IMG/VR virus record: IMGVR_UViG_3300029784_000281
Origin: a virus
Direction: 5' to 3' (one strand)
DNA: 64,000 bases
Numbering within the stretch: position 1 is the stretch's first letter; every line of letters begins with the position of its first letter. The position numbers were made by a program, and so were the translations under genes. The notes under the pieces were generated by a model. That model saw nothing but the letters and a program-made list of their open reading frames with translations. It was not told the origin of the DNA and made no database searches. Shown here piece after piece: positions 1-10,232 of the stretch.

Positions 1-11
1 TATCCCAGCCC

Positions 12-1223
12 GTGGCGCAACCACAGCCTCAAGTACAATCTCCGGCACCTGTTCCCGGTACGGTGGGAACGGCTATACCGGATGTGGGGACCGCCCCGTT
101 GCAGGCCCCATCTTTAACGCAAGCGCCGGTGAAACCAGAGGCAACCCCGTTGTCCATGTATGACAAGTTCGCGGATATGACAGCCGAGCAAGCCATTAAC
201 ACGGGTGAGATAACCCCGCAAGGATATTGGAACATACAAAGCGAGGCGATCAAGGCGGGTAAGCGTGATCCTTACTCCACGGAGGAGATTATCGAGATGA
301 TGCGTACGAGCGATCCCGAGTACGAGACGGGCGAGCAAAGGGCGAGACGTGAGAGGAACGACCGGGCGAGCCGTGCCATAACGGGGATAAGCGACCTGAT
401 AAGCAACATAGCCGGAATGGTGGGGACGGCCAAGGGATCGAGTCCCGTGGTCGTGAACAATCTCGCTCCCCTTGACGCTAGGCAACGTGAGATAACGGAA
501 AGGAGAAACGCCTTGAAGAGGAAATACGATACGTTGCTCACGAACGCCAAGATGGGTGAGATAGCCTATCAACGTGATCTGGAGGCGGCTAGGCAAAAGG
601 CGCAGAGGGATTATCGTTTGAAGCTGGCCTTGAAGGATATTGACGCTAGGATAAGGAAGGGCGAGATCGATCAAAAGCAAGCTAACGTAATGACATTGGA
701 GGCGTACAGGCAAGCGAACAGAATGGCTACGGAGCAATTCAAGGCAGAGAACCGATCCAAGGAAGAGGCGGCGAACCGAGCGAACCAGATAAAGGTCGCT
801 AACATAAGATCTGGTGGTTCTGGAGGAGCGAAGGATATTGTACTGTTTGGTCGAGATAATGAAGAGTTTCGTATACCTAGAGATAAGGTGGACGGATTTG
901 TTACAGCGGCCTATCAAGCCATGAAGGATTTGATTGATAAAAAAAATAAAGAAATTGAGCAGGACTCTTCCTTGACCAAGGAAGAAAAAGAGAATCTAAA
1001 ATTATCAGATATAGATGATATTAAACTTGTGATGGGTGAGGGCGGTGATCAGATAGGCAAAGCGAGAGCGATAGTTGGTAGACGGCTAGCTGATTTCCCG
1101 GAACTGTATCCAATGCTGAAAGGCATGCTTGAGGATCGTTCTGATAGTTATAAGAATATCAATCTGAATGATGATGCAAAAGAAAGTGTAAACGAAAAAT
1201 ACAAGTGGATTCATGGACTCTAA
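12..1223 (+). CDS. hypothetical coiled-coil protein, probably 5'-truncated by the window edge. It overlaps the start of the giant gene by 11 nt.
   Basis: The ORF is open from the window edge, with no in-frame stop upstream of nt 12. The protein is charged and coiled-coil-like with good coding appearance. The stop TAA sits inside ATGGACTCTAA, the start of the next gene. Confidence 0.5.
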   Translation: MAQPQPQVQSPAPVPGTVGTAIPDVGTAPLQAPSLTQAPVKPEATPLSMYDKFADMTAEQAINTGEITPQGYWNIQSEAIKAGKRDPYSTEEIIEMMRTSDPEYETGEQRARRERNDRASRAITGISDLISNIAGMVGTAKGSSPVVVNNLAPLDARQREITERRNALKRKYDTLLTNAKMGEIAYQRDLEAARQKAQRDYRLKLALKDIDARIRKGEIDQKQANVMTLEAYRQANRMATEQFKAENRSKEEAANRANQIKVANIRSGGSGGAKDIVLFGRDNEEFRIPRDKVDGFVTAAYQAMKDLIDKKNKEIEQDSSLTKEEKENLKLSDIDDIKLVMGEGGDQIGKARAIVGRRLADFPELYPMLKGMLEDRSDSYKNINLNDDAKESVNEKYKWIHGL

Positions 1224-4200
1224 CATAAAACATTTATATGATACGATGATAAGCCGGGGCTATACTGGTCTTGGTGATTTCTCAAACTTTGAGGGGAAAA
1301 TGAAAGATTCTGGGAAAAGAAAATTGGTTTATGATCATCTGATGCAGGATGATTATTTCTCTGAGATAGGCGATTTCTCCAAATTTGAGAGTGCCCTAGG
1401 GTATTCGCCCGTTGAAAGGAAAGATTACGTTTCTCAATCAAGCGTTAATCCTGCACCTATCGCTTTAAGACAGGAGGTTGACGTGCCTATGAAAGATCAA
1501 TCCGAGTATGTTAATCCATGGGATAATTCTGCCGATTATAATTTTGAGTCCTTGCGTAAAAAAGGAAAGATTGAGACCGCTACTCCTCCACCTCCTACGG
1601 AGTATGAGAAGGATTCTTCTTTCATGAATACTTGGGTAGGAGACGCTATACAGAAGCTGAACGCAGGAGGAGCCGATCTTGGTGCCGGTATCTTTGGGGT
1701 CTTGGATAAGGAGTCCAAAGGACTGGAATCCTCAACTGGAGGATTGATCTCACGTGGCGGGGCATTCAAGGATATCTCAGATAGATTTAAGGCTGATGCG
1801 GAGTTTTCCCGGGCAAGGTCAAACAGATACAATGGCAAGGATTTTATCGATCTGTGGAAAGAAGGGAATTATATGGGTGCCATAGGCGATATAGCCTTGC
1901 AAGGCATAGAGTCGCTTCCGATGTCAATCGGGGCCATGGCCGCTACAATGGCCGGAGCTCCAGCGGCCGGACTCGCTGGTATAGGGTCAATAGTGGCTAG
2001 CCAGAAATATGATGATCTCGATCAGAATAACCCAAACATGGGAGAGTTCGCAAAGGTATCTAACGCTATTATTACTGGTACAGCGGAATCCTTGTCTGAG
2101 ATGCTGGGCGCTGGCGTATCCAAGGCTTGGATGTCAACCTTATTCAAGACGCTAGGAAAGGAAAAGGCGCAAGAGGCTATCAAACGTGGCATAATGGGTA
2201 AGATGCAAGAGCTCTATAAAAAATTCGGTATGTTTTTCGAACCTGTAAATGAAGGTGTCGAAGAGGTGTCTTCCACGCTAGCGGAGAATATAACGGATAA
2301 GATAACTGGTGCGGATCCGGAAAGGGATTTGACCGATGGTGTATTGCAGAGTTTTGTCTATGGTATGGGAGGCGGCGCTTATTTTACTGGAACCGGAGCG
2401 TTGGCTAAAGGTGCGCAATACGTAGCGGATAAAATAGGAGGCAAACAGGCTCAGCAGCCTATCACCGATTCCAATGTAACAGATCAAGGCGTTAACACTC
2501 CTCCTCAATCCACTAAGTCTATAATTGACGATGCCTTTGAGCAAGGACGTAATATGAGTGATAAGGGAGATCTTAGGGATTTATCCTTACAAATGGAAGC
2601 TTCGAGGACTGCTCTAACAGAAAAAAATCCAAATTTGGCTATAAGAATGGAGCAGTATATAGATAATGGAGCGAGTGAGAACCAAATAAATGAGATGCTT
2701 AAAGGTGTAGATAATGAGACAAGAGAATTAGCTTATGATTTCTATATTAACACCCAGAAAATTAAAGGGGTAGAAGATAAATCGATAGAAAATATTAATA
2801 ACGAAGTGGATTCTTATATGTCTGATAATATTATTCCCTATGTATCGATAAGTCCTAATGGGAGACAAGTCATATCTACCGCTACGTTCAAGGAAGGACT
2901 TGAGAACAAGAAAGTTTATATAAGGAGCATAAATGGGGATAACGTCATTATCTCGGATAACGGAAATAATCGTATGGTTCCTATGAGTAGTTTGAGCGAT
3001 ATAGAGGAAAATGACGTGGAACAAATAAGGAACTCTTATCGTCAACAATTATTGGTTACCCGCCAGTCCGAGCTTGACATGACCATGCATCATAATCCCA
3101 AGACGCAATTACCAAAGCCGGGATTGGTCATATGGAACGGGGATAATGCGTTTATTCTTCAAGGACAAGATGAGAACGGTGATTGGATCGCTCAACCTGC
3201 GGCTTATGATAGAGAAACCGGGCAGGTGACAGCCAAGAATGGCTCTTCTCCAGCAATGCCTATAACAGAGAATGAGATTCTTGATCTTCAAGATGCCATA
3301 TATGACGCTCAACAAGTTAATGTGGTGTCGCCAGAGGATGATAATGTTGAAAGTGCTGATGCTGAGATAACCTCTGCACCTCCCGTGGAAGATGCGATCA
3401 ACCAGCCAACGAGTGAGATTGAGACGGAAGGTGCCATTGATCAGATAGCACAACCTAGCAATGTGGAGAATCCCTCCATGGTCATGCGAGAAGATGGTAC
3501 GCCAGATTTCGTGTCGTCTGGGGTGGATGCTACATTGGATTTCCTCCATGATAAATACGGAGAGAAGATGCCCAAGAAGATCGAGGTGACAAGGAAGGCG
3601 TTCGACGAGGATCTCAAGAAGGCTTCAGAGAAACTGGATAAGGCCCAAGAAGCATATGACAATGCCCCTATCGGAAAAGAGGATAAGGTCGAGGCCGCAC
3701 TGATCAAAGCCAGACAAGAGTATGATGCGATCAAGGTCGAGGCTGATTTCTGGGCTAATCTTGATAATCGGTTGAAAGAGGAAAGCGAAAAGGCTACTGC
3801 CACTTCAGGTCAAGTTATCGATATCTCGGAAAAAGAGGATACGGAACCTGTCGACATCAAAAACGAAGATGTGGTTACACAAGAAGGCGCATCCGGAGAG
3901 GTAAAAGAATCCGGTAGCAATCTGTTCAATTATTTTACTGGAAGCCTTTCTGATTTGATTGAGCAGGCAAAGAAGTCTGCCGGGAAGTTGATCAAGAAAA
4001 TCGTCGCACCCGTATCTGACCGTCTTAGGAATGACTTGGAGATAAAAGGCGTATCTATCACAAGTGATTATAATCACGTTATAGATAACAACGCTATACG
4101 GCATACTCTTAAGCAACATGGTGGTAACAGCGAGATTAAACGTGGGCAAGTCCCTGTTAACGATTCCGATTTTGATAAAATATCAGACATCGTAGAAAAC

Positions 4201-7200
4201 TATGATGATATAAAGGTCGAGGATGGAAAGAGAGGAGATGTGAACATCATTTACTCAAAAAACTTCAATGATGGTACTACAATATTCGTTGAGGAGAAGC
4301 GTGATAAGCGTAAGGAATTAGCCGCTGTCACCATGTGGAAAATGAAAAATCCTATTCTCACCGGCGCTAATAGCGATAACGCTACGCCAATTCCGGATTT
4401 GAACAGGATTAAAAGACAAGCTGAACGTAAGGGCGGCGAACTCCTCATACTGACCCCAAAAAGGGCGGCGGCAAGCCTTTCCACTTTTCCGGACAACTCG
4501 TCTTCTACCGACAAAGGTAGTATATCCTCTTCTGAAAACCAAGCGAATGAGGCTAAATCTTTTGTCGCCCCTTCCCCAAAGGAGAGTGAGAACCCATTGG
4601 ACTATGCCGAGCGCATAGTTGAGGCTAAGAGATTGCACGATGAGGAGCTAAAGGTTGACACTACCCCTTCCGAGGCACAGAAAGAGGCCGGGAATTACAA
4701 GAAAGGCCATATAAAGATAAACGGTTTCGATGTTACCATAGAGCAGCCTGCCGGTTCCGTCCGTTCCGGAAAGGACGTTAATGGAAAAGAGTGGTCTGTT
4801 ACCATGAGTAACACTTACGGTTATATCCGTGGCACCGAGGGTGTGGATGGTGATCATATAGACGTATTCTTAGGTCCGGATATGAATAGTGACATGGTGT
4901 ATGTTGTGGATCAGGTGAATACTGATGGCTCATTCGACGAGCATAAGGTTATGATGGGATTCCCTTCCTTGGAAGACGCTAGGTCCGCTTACTTGTCAAA
5001 CTATGAGGAAGGCTGGAAAGGGTTAGGCAACATTACCGGGGTCACGTTGGATGGGTTCAAAAAATGGATCGATTCCTCGACCCGGAAGACCAAGCCGTTC
5101 TCTGAATATAAAAGTGTTAAAGCTATAGAAGAGAAGACAAATAACGAAAAGCCCCAAATGCCCCTTACTGAGGATGAATACGCGGAACAAAGGAGTAAAG
5201 AGATTATGGGCGATAATCCGGGTATGGATGATATTGGCGCTTATAATCAAGCGTTGGATGAGTATCCTTCATATATAAGAAAGATGGTCGATAATGGTTC
5301 GATGAGAGACTCGTACTTAAAAGGATCTGTAGGAGAAAGGATTAAACTTGGAAAGATCATGAACGCTGCCGGATTTGAACTGTCTGAGATATCAAAAGGC
5401 TCACGAGAAGAGTCTATTATGGAGTCTGATTTTAAAGTTGGCGATAAAGTAACTATCCGTTTTTATGATGGATTATATCATACGGGAGAGATATCAAAGA
5501 TGTCAAAAGACGGGAAAGTGACCGTTTATGCAGACGGAAAGAATTACACCGTATCTCAAGACAGGATTTTATCGGATAGTGATGTTCGTTTTCGTTCTAT
5601 AGGAGAGAAAGACACTGATAACTTAAATAATGCTGAAACTATTGAATCCTCAATCAACGATTGGTCAAACAAGCTTAATACCCCTGTCAGGGTAATCCAT
5701 GACGTGGACGATATAACCGATACAGATGAGAATATGTTGGCCCGTAAGAGAGATTCCAAAGGCTGGTATGATACTTCTACCGGGGAGATAGTCATAGTAT
5801 CACCTAATTCCACGTCCGTAGGTGACGCTCAAAGAACTTTCCTCCATGAGGTGGTAGGGCATCACGGGCTACGTGAGTTATTCGGGGATGATTTCGATAC
5901 TTTCCTTGATAACGTGTATCGGAACGCCAACGAGGATATCCGGAAAAATATCATTGACCGGACTAAAGGCAATCCTCTTAACTTGCGTGAGGCTACAGAG
6001 GAATACCTCGCTGAATTAGCGGAACGTGGTTTCGATAACAAGGCCGAGCGTTCGTTATGGGAAAAGATCAAGGACGCTTTTCTTGATATGTTGAGAAAGG
6101 CAGGTATTAGCCTTGATTTCAAGTTATCGGATAATGACCTCCGTTATATTCTCTGGAGAAGCTATAAGAACTTGGAGCAAGGAAATTTGATGGATGTGGC
6201 TGAGGATACGGTAATGAGGAATGATTTGGGTATCGGGGATTTTTCTGTTCGGTTTAGGGAAGCGAAAACAGAAGTGGAGAATGAAGAACCTTTGAATAAG
6301 GAAATGGTTGACGCTTGGGATAAAGTGGCATCTTCAGACAGTTTTAAGTTCAAAGAGGCTATGGTTGACTCTTTAACAGCTATAGATGAGTTCTTGAAAT
6401 TATTGGCCAAGAAAACCAAATCGAAGATACTGGATTACGAGAACCCATATTACGCTCTTATAGCCTTGTCTTCAAAGAATAAGGCGGATATGGATAGTTT
6501 CGACTCTAAATTCCTTAATCCTTTGAATGAGGCTATAAGGGCATTGATAGGTGATGTCTCAGAGGTGTCCAAGAAAGGTTTAAGAAGAACTTGGGATTGG
6601 TCTAAAGGGCCATTAAGGGATCTGGTTAAATATGTACAATCTAAACACGGTATCGAGAGAAACCGTGATATGTCCGTAAGGGATGGCATAGAAACTCTTA
6701 AGGCGTTTGACGTGGACGCTTTGTCTAAAATGGGGGTTATCTCCGACTCTGATCTTAAAAACGCTAAAAAAACAGCGGAAAAGGTTGCGGAGGAAAAGGG
6801 GAGTGAGGCTTACAAAAAGACGTATGACAAGGTTCTTGGCAAGGAACTAAAGAAAGGTGTTGATAAAGATAAGGCTGAGCGTTCTGCTGAGATAGCCGCC
6901 GATTATCGGAAATCATTTGTCAAATCCGAGATCTATAACAAGGAGATGGATAAATATAAAGAAAAGGTGACCGGAACGTTGATTGATAGGTGGGAAGATT
7001 CAAAGAAAGATGTCCTTAATAAGGATCTAGCGTGGGACGAGGAACAAAAGGAGTTGGATCGAGAGGCATTGTCATTCCAATGGAAGTTAGGCGATAATTC
7101 TTATGGTGTGATTCTAGGAAAGGACTATAGTGGTTTGTCTTCAGTGTTTAAGCCTTCGGAGGATGGAGCGAATAAAGATAAATGGCTTTCTGACGCTTAT

Positions 7201-9714
7201 GATTTCGTGAGAGATTATGAGTCTACCCATAATATGGTTTTAGTCGATAATCTATGGGATAAGGTTCATAACGTGTCAGAGTATACGTTAAGGAGGCAGT
7301 ATGAGTCCGGGCTGATAAGCAAGTCCTATATGGATAAGAACCTTTCCCGGTTTAAGTACTTTATCCCGTTGAGAGGTTTCTCCGATAATATTGCCTCCGA
7401 TGTTTATGATTACATAGACGCTACGGAGATAAAGATGGGAAACCCAGTGAAGACCGCTAAAGGACGTATCTCTGAGGCTGATAATCCTTTCGCTGGTTTG
7501 ATACACGTTGGATACGGATCTATTACCGCAGGAAATAGGAACTTGGCGAAACAACGTTTTCTCAATTTAGCTAGCAATCATGACACTGGCGGTCTTATTA
7601 CCATAGATAATATCTGGGTTCGAAATGTCGGTACCGAGGAAAATCCGGAATGGGTGGAGTCCATTCCGCAAATACCGGATAACGCTTCTGGCGAGGAAGT
7701 GGCCAAGGCGGTGAAAGATCATGAGGAAATGATGAGAGAGCTTAGAGAGGAAGGTAAGGCTGAGCTGATTAAAGGAGGTCGATCGGATATACCATATAAA
7801 ACATTGTATGACCAGAGAAGCCAGCATCAGGTACAGGTTTTCGTGGGAGGTAACAGGTATGTCATGACCGTTAATGGCAATCCCCGATTGGCGCAAGCGG
7901 TAAATGGATTGACTAATCCGGATGTGAAGGATGATCTCGCTTACGTCGTAGCTAGGAACTTGAAAACATTTATGGCCGGAGCTTTTACGTCCAAGAACGT
8001 GGCGTTCTCGTTTGCCAACTTGATAAGAGATACGCCTTATGCCAATAACTCCGTGTTTGTGACGGAGAACTTTAGGTATTTCAAGGATTTTTCAGGGAAT
8101 CAGAGGCGAGCGTTATTTGGACTTCGGAGTTTAGGTCGTAATCTGTATAAATACAGAAGGGGAGAGATTGATATTTCTGATAAGGAACAGGCGATATTTA
8201 AGGAGTTCATGGATAATGGAGGGGCTACTGGATATACGTTCGTGGAGACGCAAAAGGAATACGCCAAGGATTTAGCGAACAAGTTAGAGAAACTTTCGGA
8301 TGGTAATATTGGGAAGTTATCCCCCAAAGAACTAGTCTCTACTGTATTTGAGTGCTTTGAGTTCATGGGTAACGTAGCGGAACTTGTGAACCGATATGCG
8401 GCGTATAAGACGAGCCGGGAACATGGAAGATCCATTGACCGGTCAATCAATGATGCCAAGGAGGTATCGGTTAACTTTAACAAGAAAGGTGCCGGAAAGA
8501 AAACGAAGAGCGATAAATGGTATATTAACACAGTAGCGTGGATATCTGAGTATGGAAGAGATTGGGTGTTGTTCTTTAACGCCGCCGTTCAAAGCATGTA
8601 TAAGGAATATTCCATGCTGAGAAATCATCCAATTAAAGGAATAGGTTCCCGTATAGCCCCACTAATATTCATGGGATCGTCTGTCTCGTTGCTCAATAAT
8701 CTGTTTATGCCTATGCTCTTCGCTTATTTGGGATGGGATAGCGATGATGATGATAGGGATTATTTTGATTCATTGAGCGATCATGAGAGACAGAATAATA
8801 TATGTATTCGTTTGACTCATGGTCGTTGGCTCAAGATTCCGTTATCTCCGGAGCTTGCCAATTATTTCAAGATCGGAGATATAATTGCCGGGCAATTATC
8901 TGGTAAAAGGGAAGTGGAGGCGATGGATGTCGTTAAGACAGGGATTGATATGGTATCTCCGTTAAACATAAACTGGGAGTATGATAGTTGGAAGTTCGCT
9001 CTAAATCTCCTGCCTACGGTGGTTCAGCCTATCGCCCAAAACGCCTCTAACGTGAATTTTATGGGTAATCCTATCTATAAGACCTCGATGAATAAGGCTA
9101 ATGATTATGATCCGGAGTACACCAAGGTCTACAGGAGTACCAGTACCACCATGGTTGAGTTGTCGAGGGCACTTAACTCGTTGACGGGTGGCGACGATGT
9201 CAAGAGAGGTCTGAGCTTTAATCCGGCTACTTGGCAGAACATTTTTTCTGGATATACGGGAGGTTTTGGTACCGTAGCCTTGGGGGTGTCTGATTTAGTC
9301 CTTGATATACTGTCCGGAGAGGATGGAGATATGCCAGTGAGTCGTTATCCACTGTTAAGCCGTTTCTTGACCGGAGGGGACAAGGATTTGAAGCTGAGCC
9401 GGATGAATTCCATATATAACAAGAAGGTCGTAGACTTTGTCTCGGAAATGGATCATGATTACAAAGGGTATCTAGAGAAGTCCATGGACCCATCTATCAA
9501 TATTCTTGACAGGGCAGAATATATCGTAAAACTTGAGAAGTTTATGAAAAGTGATGATTTCAAGAAATCTCAAGAATTATCTCAATACGTGAGAGCCATA
9601 TCCGATATGGAAAGGTTCCTTCGTGAGGTAGGTAGCGATAATGATTCTCTGGAGAACCAAGTGTACGAGCTGAAGCTACGAGCGTTGGAGATATTTGAGG
9701 ATTCAGATGAGTGA
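1213..9714 (+). CDS. giant (2833 aa) multidomain virion-associated polyvalent-type protein. It carries a zincin-like HExxH metallopeptidase motif and an inorganic-pyrophosphatase-like segment.
   Basis: Uninterrupted 8.5-kb ORF. HEVVGHH at nt 5845-5865 (about aa 1545). NTYGYIRGTEGVDGDHIDVFLG at about nt 4810-4875 resembles the family I PPase signature (NYGFIP...DGDPLDVLV). All antisense ORFs in this span look spurious. Confidence 0.8.
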   Translation: MDSNIKHLYDTMISRGYTGLGDFSNFEGKMKDSGKRKLVYDHLMQDDYFSEIGDFSKFESALGYSPVERKDYVSQSSVNPAPIALRQEVDVPMKDQSEYVNPWDNSADYNFESLRKKGKIETATPPPPTEYEKDSSFMNTWVGDAIQKLNAGGADLGAGIFGVLDKESKGLESSTGGLISRGGAFKDISDRFKADAEFSRARSNRYNGKDFIDLWKEGNYMGAIGDIALQGIESLPMSIGAMAATMAGAPAAGLAGIGSIVASQKYDDLDQNNPNMGEFAKVSNAIITGTAESLSEMLGAGVSKAWMSTLFKTLGKEKAQEAIKRGIMGKMQELYKKFGMFFEPVNEGVEEVSSTLAENITDKITGADPERDLTDGVLQSFVYGMGGGAYFTGTGALAKGAQYVADKIGGKQAQQPITDSNVTDQGVNTPPQSTKSIIDDAFEQGRNMSDKGDLRDLSLQMEASRTALTEKNPNLAIRMEQYIDNGASENQINEMLKGVDNETRELAYDFYINTQKIKGVEDKSIENINNEVDSYMSDNIIPYVSISPNGRQVISTATFKEGLENKKVYIRSINGDNVIISDNGNNRMVPMSSLSDIEENDVEQIRNSYRQQLLVTRQSELDMTMHHNPKTQLPKPGLVIWNGDNAFILQGQDENGDWIAQPAAYDRETGQVTAKNGSSPAMPITENEILDLQDAIYDAQQVNVVSPEDDNVESADAEITSAPPVEDAINQPTSEIETEGAIDQIAQPSNVENPSMVMREDGTPDFVSSGVDATLDFLHDKYGEKMPKKIEVTRKAFDEDLKKASEKLDKAQEAYDNAPIGKEDKVEAALIKARQEYDAIKVEADFWANLDNRLKEESEKATATSGQVIDISEKEDTEPVDIKNEDVVTQEGASGEVKESGSNLFNYFTGSLSDLIEQAKKSAGKLIKKIVAPVSDRLRNDLEIKGVSITSDYNHVIDNNAIRHTLKQHGGNSEIKRGQVPVNDSDFDKISDIVENYDDIKVEDGKRGDVNIIYSKNFNDGTTIFVEEKRDKRKELAAVTMWKMKNPILTGANSDNATPIPDLNRIKRQAERKGGELLILTPKRAAASLSTFPDNSSSTDKGSISSSENQANEAKSFVAPSPKESENPLDYAERIVEAKRLHDEELKVDTTPSEAQKEAGNYKKGHIKINGFDVTIEQPAGSVRSGKDVNGKEWSVTMSNTYGYIRGTEGVDGDHIDVFLGPDMNSDMVYVVDQVNTDGSFDEHKVMMGFPSLEDARSAYLSNYEEGWKGLGNITGVTLDGFKKWIDSSTRKTKPFSEYKSVKAIEEKTNNEKPQMPLTEDEYAEQRSKEIMGDNPGMDDIGAYNQALDEYPSYIRKMVDNGSMRDSYLKGSVGERIKLGKIMNAAGFELSEISKGSREESIMESDFKVGDKVTIRFYDGLYHTGEISKMSKDGKVTVYADGKNYTVSQDRILSDSDVRFRSIGEKDTDNLNNAETIESSINDWSNKLNTPVRVIHDVDDITDTDENMLARKRDSKGWYDTSTGEIVIVSPNSTSVGDAQRTFLHEVVGHHGLRELFGDDFDTFLDNVYRNANEDIRKNIIDRTKGNPLNLREATEEYLAELAERGFDNKAERSLWEKIKDAFLDMLRKAGISLDFKLSDNDLRYILWRSYKNLEQGNLMDVAEDTVMRNDLGIGDFSVRFREAKTEVENEEPLNKEMVDAWDKVASSDSFKFKEAMVDSLTAIDEFLKLLAKKTKSKILDYENPYYALIALSSKNKADMDSFDSKFLNPLNEAIRALIGDVSEVSKKGLRRTWDWSKGPLRDLVKYVQSKHGIERNRDMSVRDGIETLKAFDVDALSKMGVISDSDLKNAKKTAEKVAEEKGSEAYKKTYDKVLGKELKKGVDKDKAERSAEIAADYRKSFVKSEIYNKEMDKYKEKVTGTLIDRWEDSKKDVLNKDLAWDEEQKELDREALSFQWKLGDNSYGVILGKDYSGLSSVFKPSEDGANKDKWLSDAYDFVRDYESTHNMVLVDNLWDKVHNVSEYTLRRQYESGLISKSYMDKNLSRFKYFIPLRGFSDNIASDVYDYIDATEIKMGNPVKTAKGRISEADNPFAGLIHVGYGSITAGNRNLAKQRFLNLASNHDTGGLITIDNIWVRNVGTEENPEWVESIPQIPDNASGEEVAKAVKDHEEMMRELREEGKAELIKGGRSDIPYKTLYDQRSQHQVQVFVGGNRYVMTVNGNPRLAQAVNGLTNPDVKDDLAYVVARNLKTFMAGAFTSKNVAFSFANLIRDTPYANNSVFVTENFRYFKDFSGNQRRALFGLRSLGRNLYKYRRGEIDISDKEQAIFKEFMDNGGATGYTFVETQKEYAKDLANKLEKLSDGNIGKLSPKELVSTVFECFEFMGNVAELVNRYAAYKTSREHGRSIDRSINDAKEVSVNFNKKGAGKKTKSDKWYINTVAWISEYGRDWVLFFNAAVQSMYKEYSMLRNHPIKGIGSRIAPLIFMGSSVSLLNNLFMPMLFAYLGWDSDDDDRDYFDSLSDHERQNNICIRLTHGRWLKIPLSPELANYFKIGDIIAGQLSGKREVEAMDVVKTGIDMVSPLNINWEYDSWKFALNLLPTVVQPIAQNASNVNFMGNPIYKTSMNKANDYDPEYTKVYRSTSTTMVELSRALNSLTGGDDVKRGLSFNPATWQNIFSGYTGGFGTVALGVSDLVLDILSGEDGDMPVSRYPLLSRFLTGGDKDLKLSRMNSIYNKKVVDFVSEMDHDYKGYLEKSMDPSINILDRAEYIVKLEKFMKSDDFKKSQELSQYVRAISDMERFLREVGSDNDSLENQVYELKLRALEIFEDSDE

Positions 9715-9723
9715 AAAGATAGC

Positions 9724-9755
9724 GGGTGGCGTTTGGTGTCACCCGATTTCTTTTT
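9724..9755 (+). terminator. putative intrinsic terminator after the giant gene
   Basis: GGGTG...CACCC hairpin followed by gatttcttttt, 10 nt after the stop codon. Confidence 0.45.
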
Positions 9756-10230
9756 AAATATATTCACTGATCAAACCAATAAATGCTACTATTGCAATAA
9801 TAGAGAATATGAACATTGTTACCGCACTTAATCTAAGAAGATATATGGATATAATTTCAAGTACATTCCATGATTCAGTACCTAGTATCATAAACTGGGT
9901 TGTATATTCCTTGTACCCTGTTTTTATAGTTTTTTTCTCTATGACACGATAACATCCAATAGGTATTAAGAATATGCCAAGAAACATTAGAAAACGGTAT
10001 CTTACTTCTGATATACCATATGGCGTTGTTACTTCTCTGAATCTAATTCCTTCAAGAATTATACCTAAAATCCTTGCGTCATACAAATAGATGTCTCTTC
10101 CATTTCCATTAGGTGTTCTTGGCTTGAATTTGGTTTCCCATAATATCTTTTCTAAAATAATGTCTTTATTGAAAATATAGACTAATATCGCAGATGAAAG
10201 GATAGCCATGCTGTTTAAAAATTCTTCCAT
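9754..10230 (+). CDS. hypothetical membrane protein in an AT-rich islet
   Basis: 158-aa ORF in a roughly 28% GC region where long ORFs are unlikely by chance. Hydrophobic N- and C-terminal segments. Convergent with the J-domain gene. Confidence 0.35.
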
Positions 10231-10232
10231 AT

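Noticed and set aside
29-9493. Numerous 60-270-aa ORFs on the minus strand or in alternative frames inside the giant gene and the upstream gene (for example 114-917, 3109-3549, 8100-8531)
   Set aside because: All lie antisense or out of frame within a long, well-supported coding region. Their translations are low-complexity, Leu/Ser/Arg-rich antisense artefacts.
1213-9714. crAss-like virion RNA polymerase identity for the giant protein
   Set aside because: No DxDGD/NADFDGD double-psi beta-barrel catalytic motif was found. The DGD occurrence sits in a PPase-like context instead.
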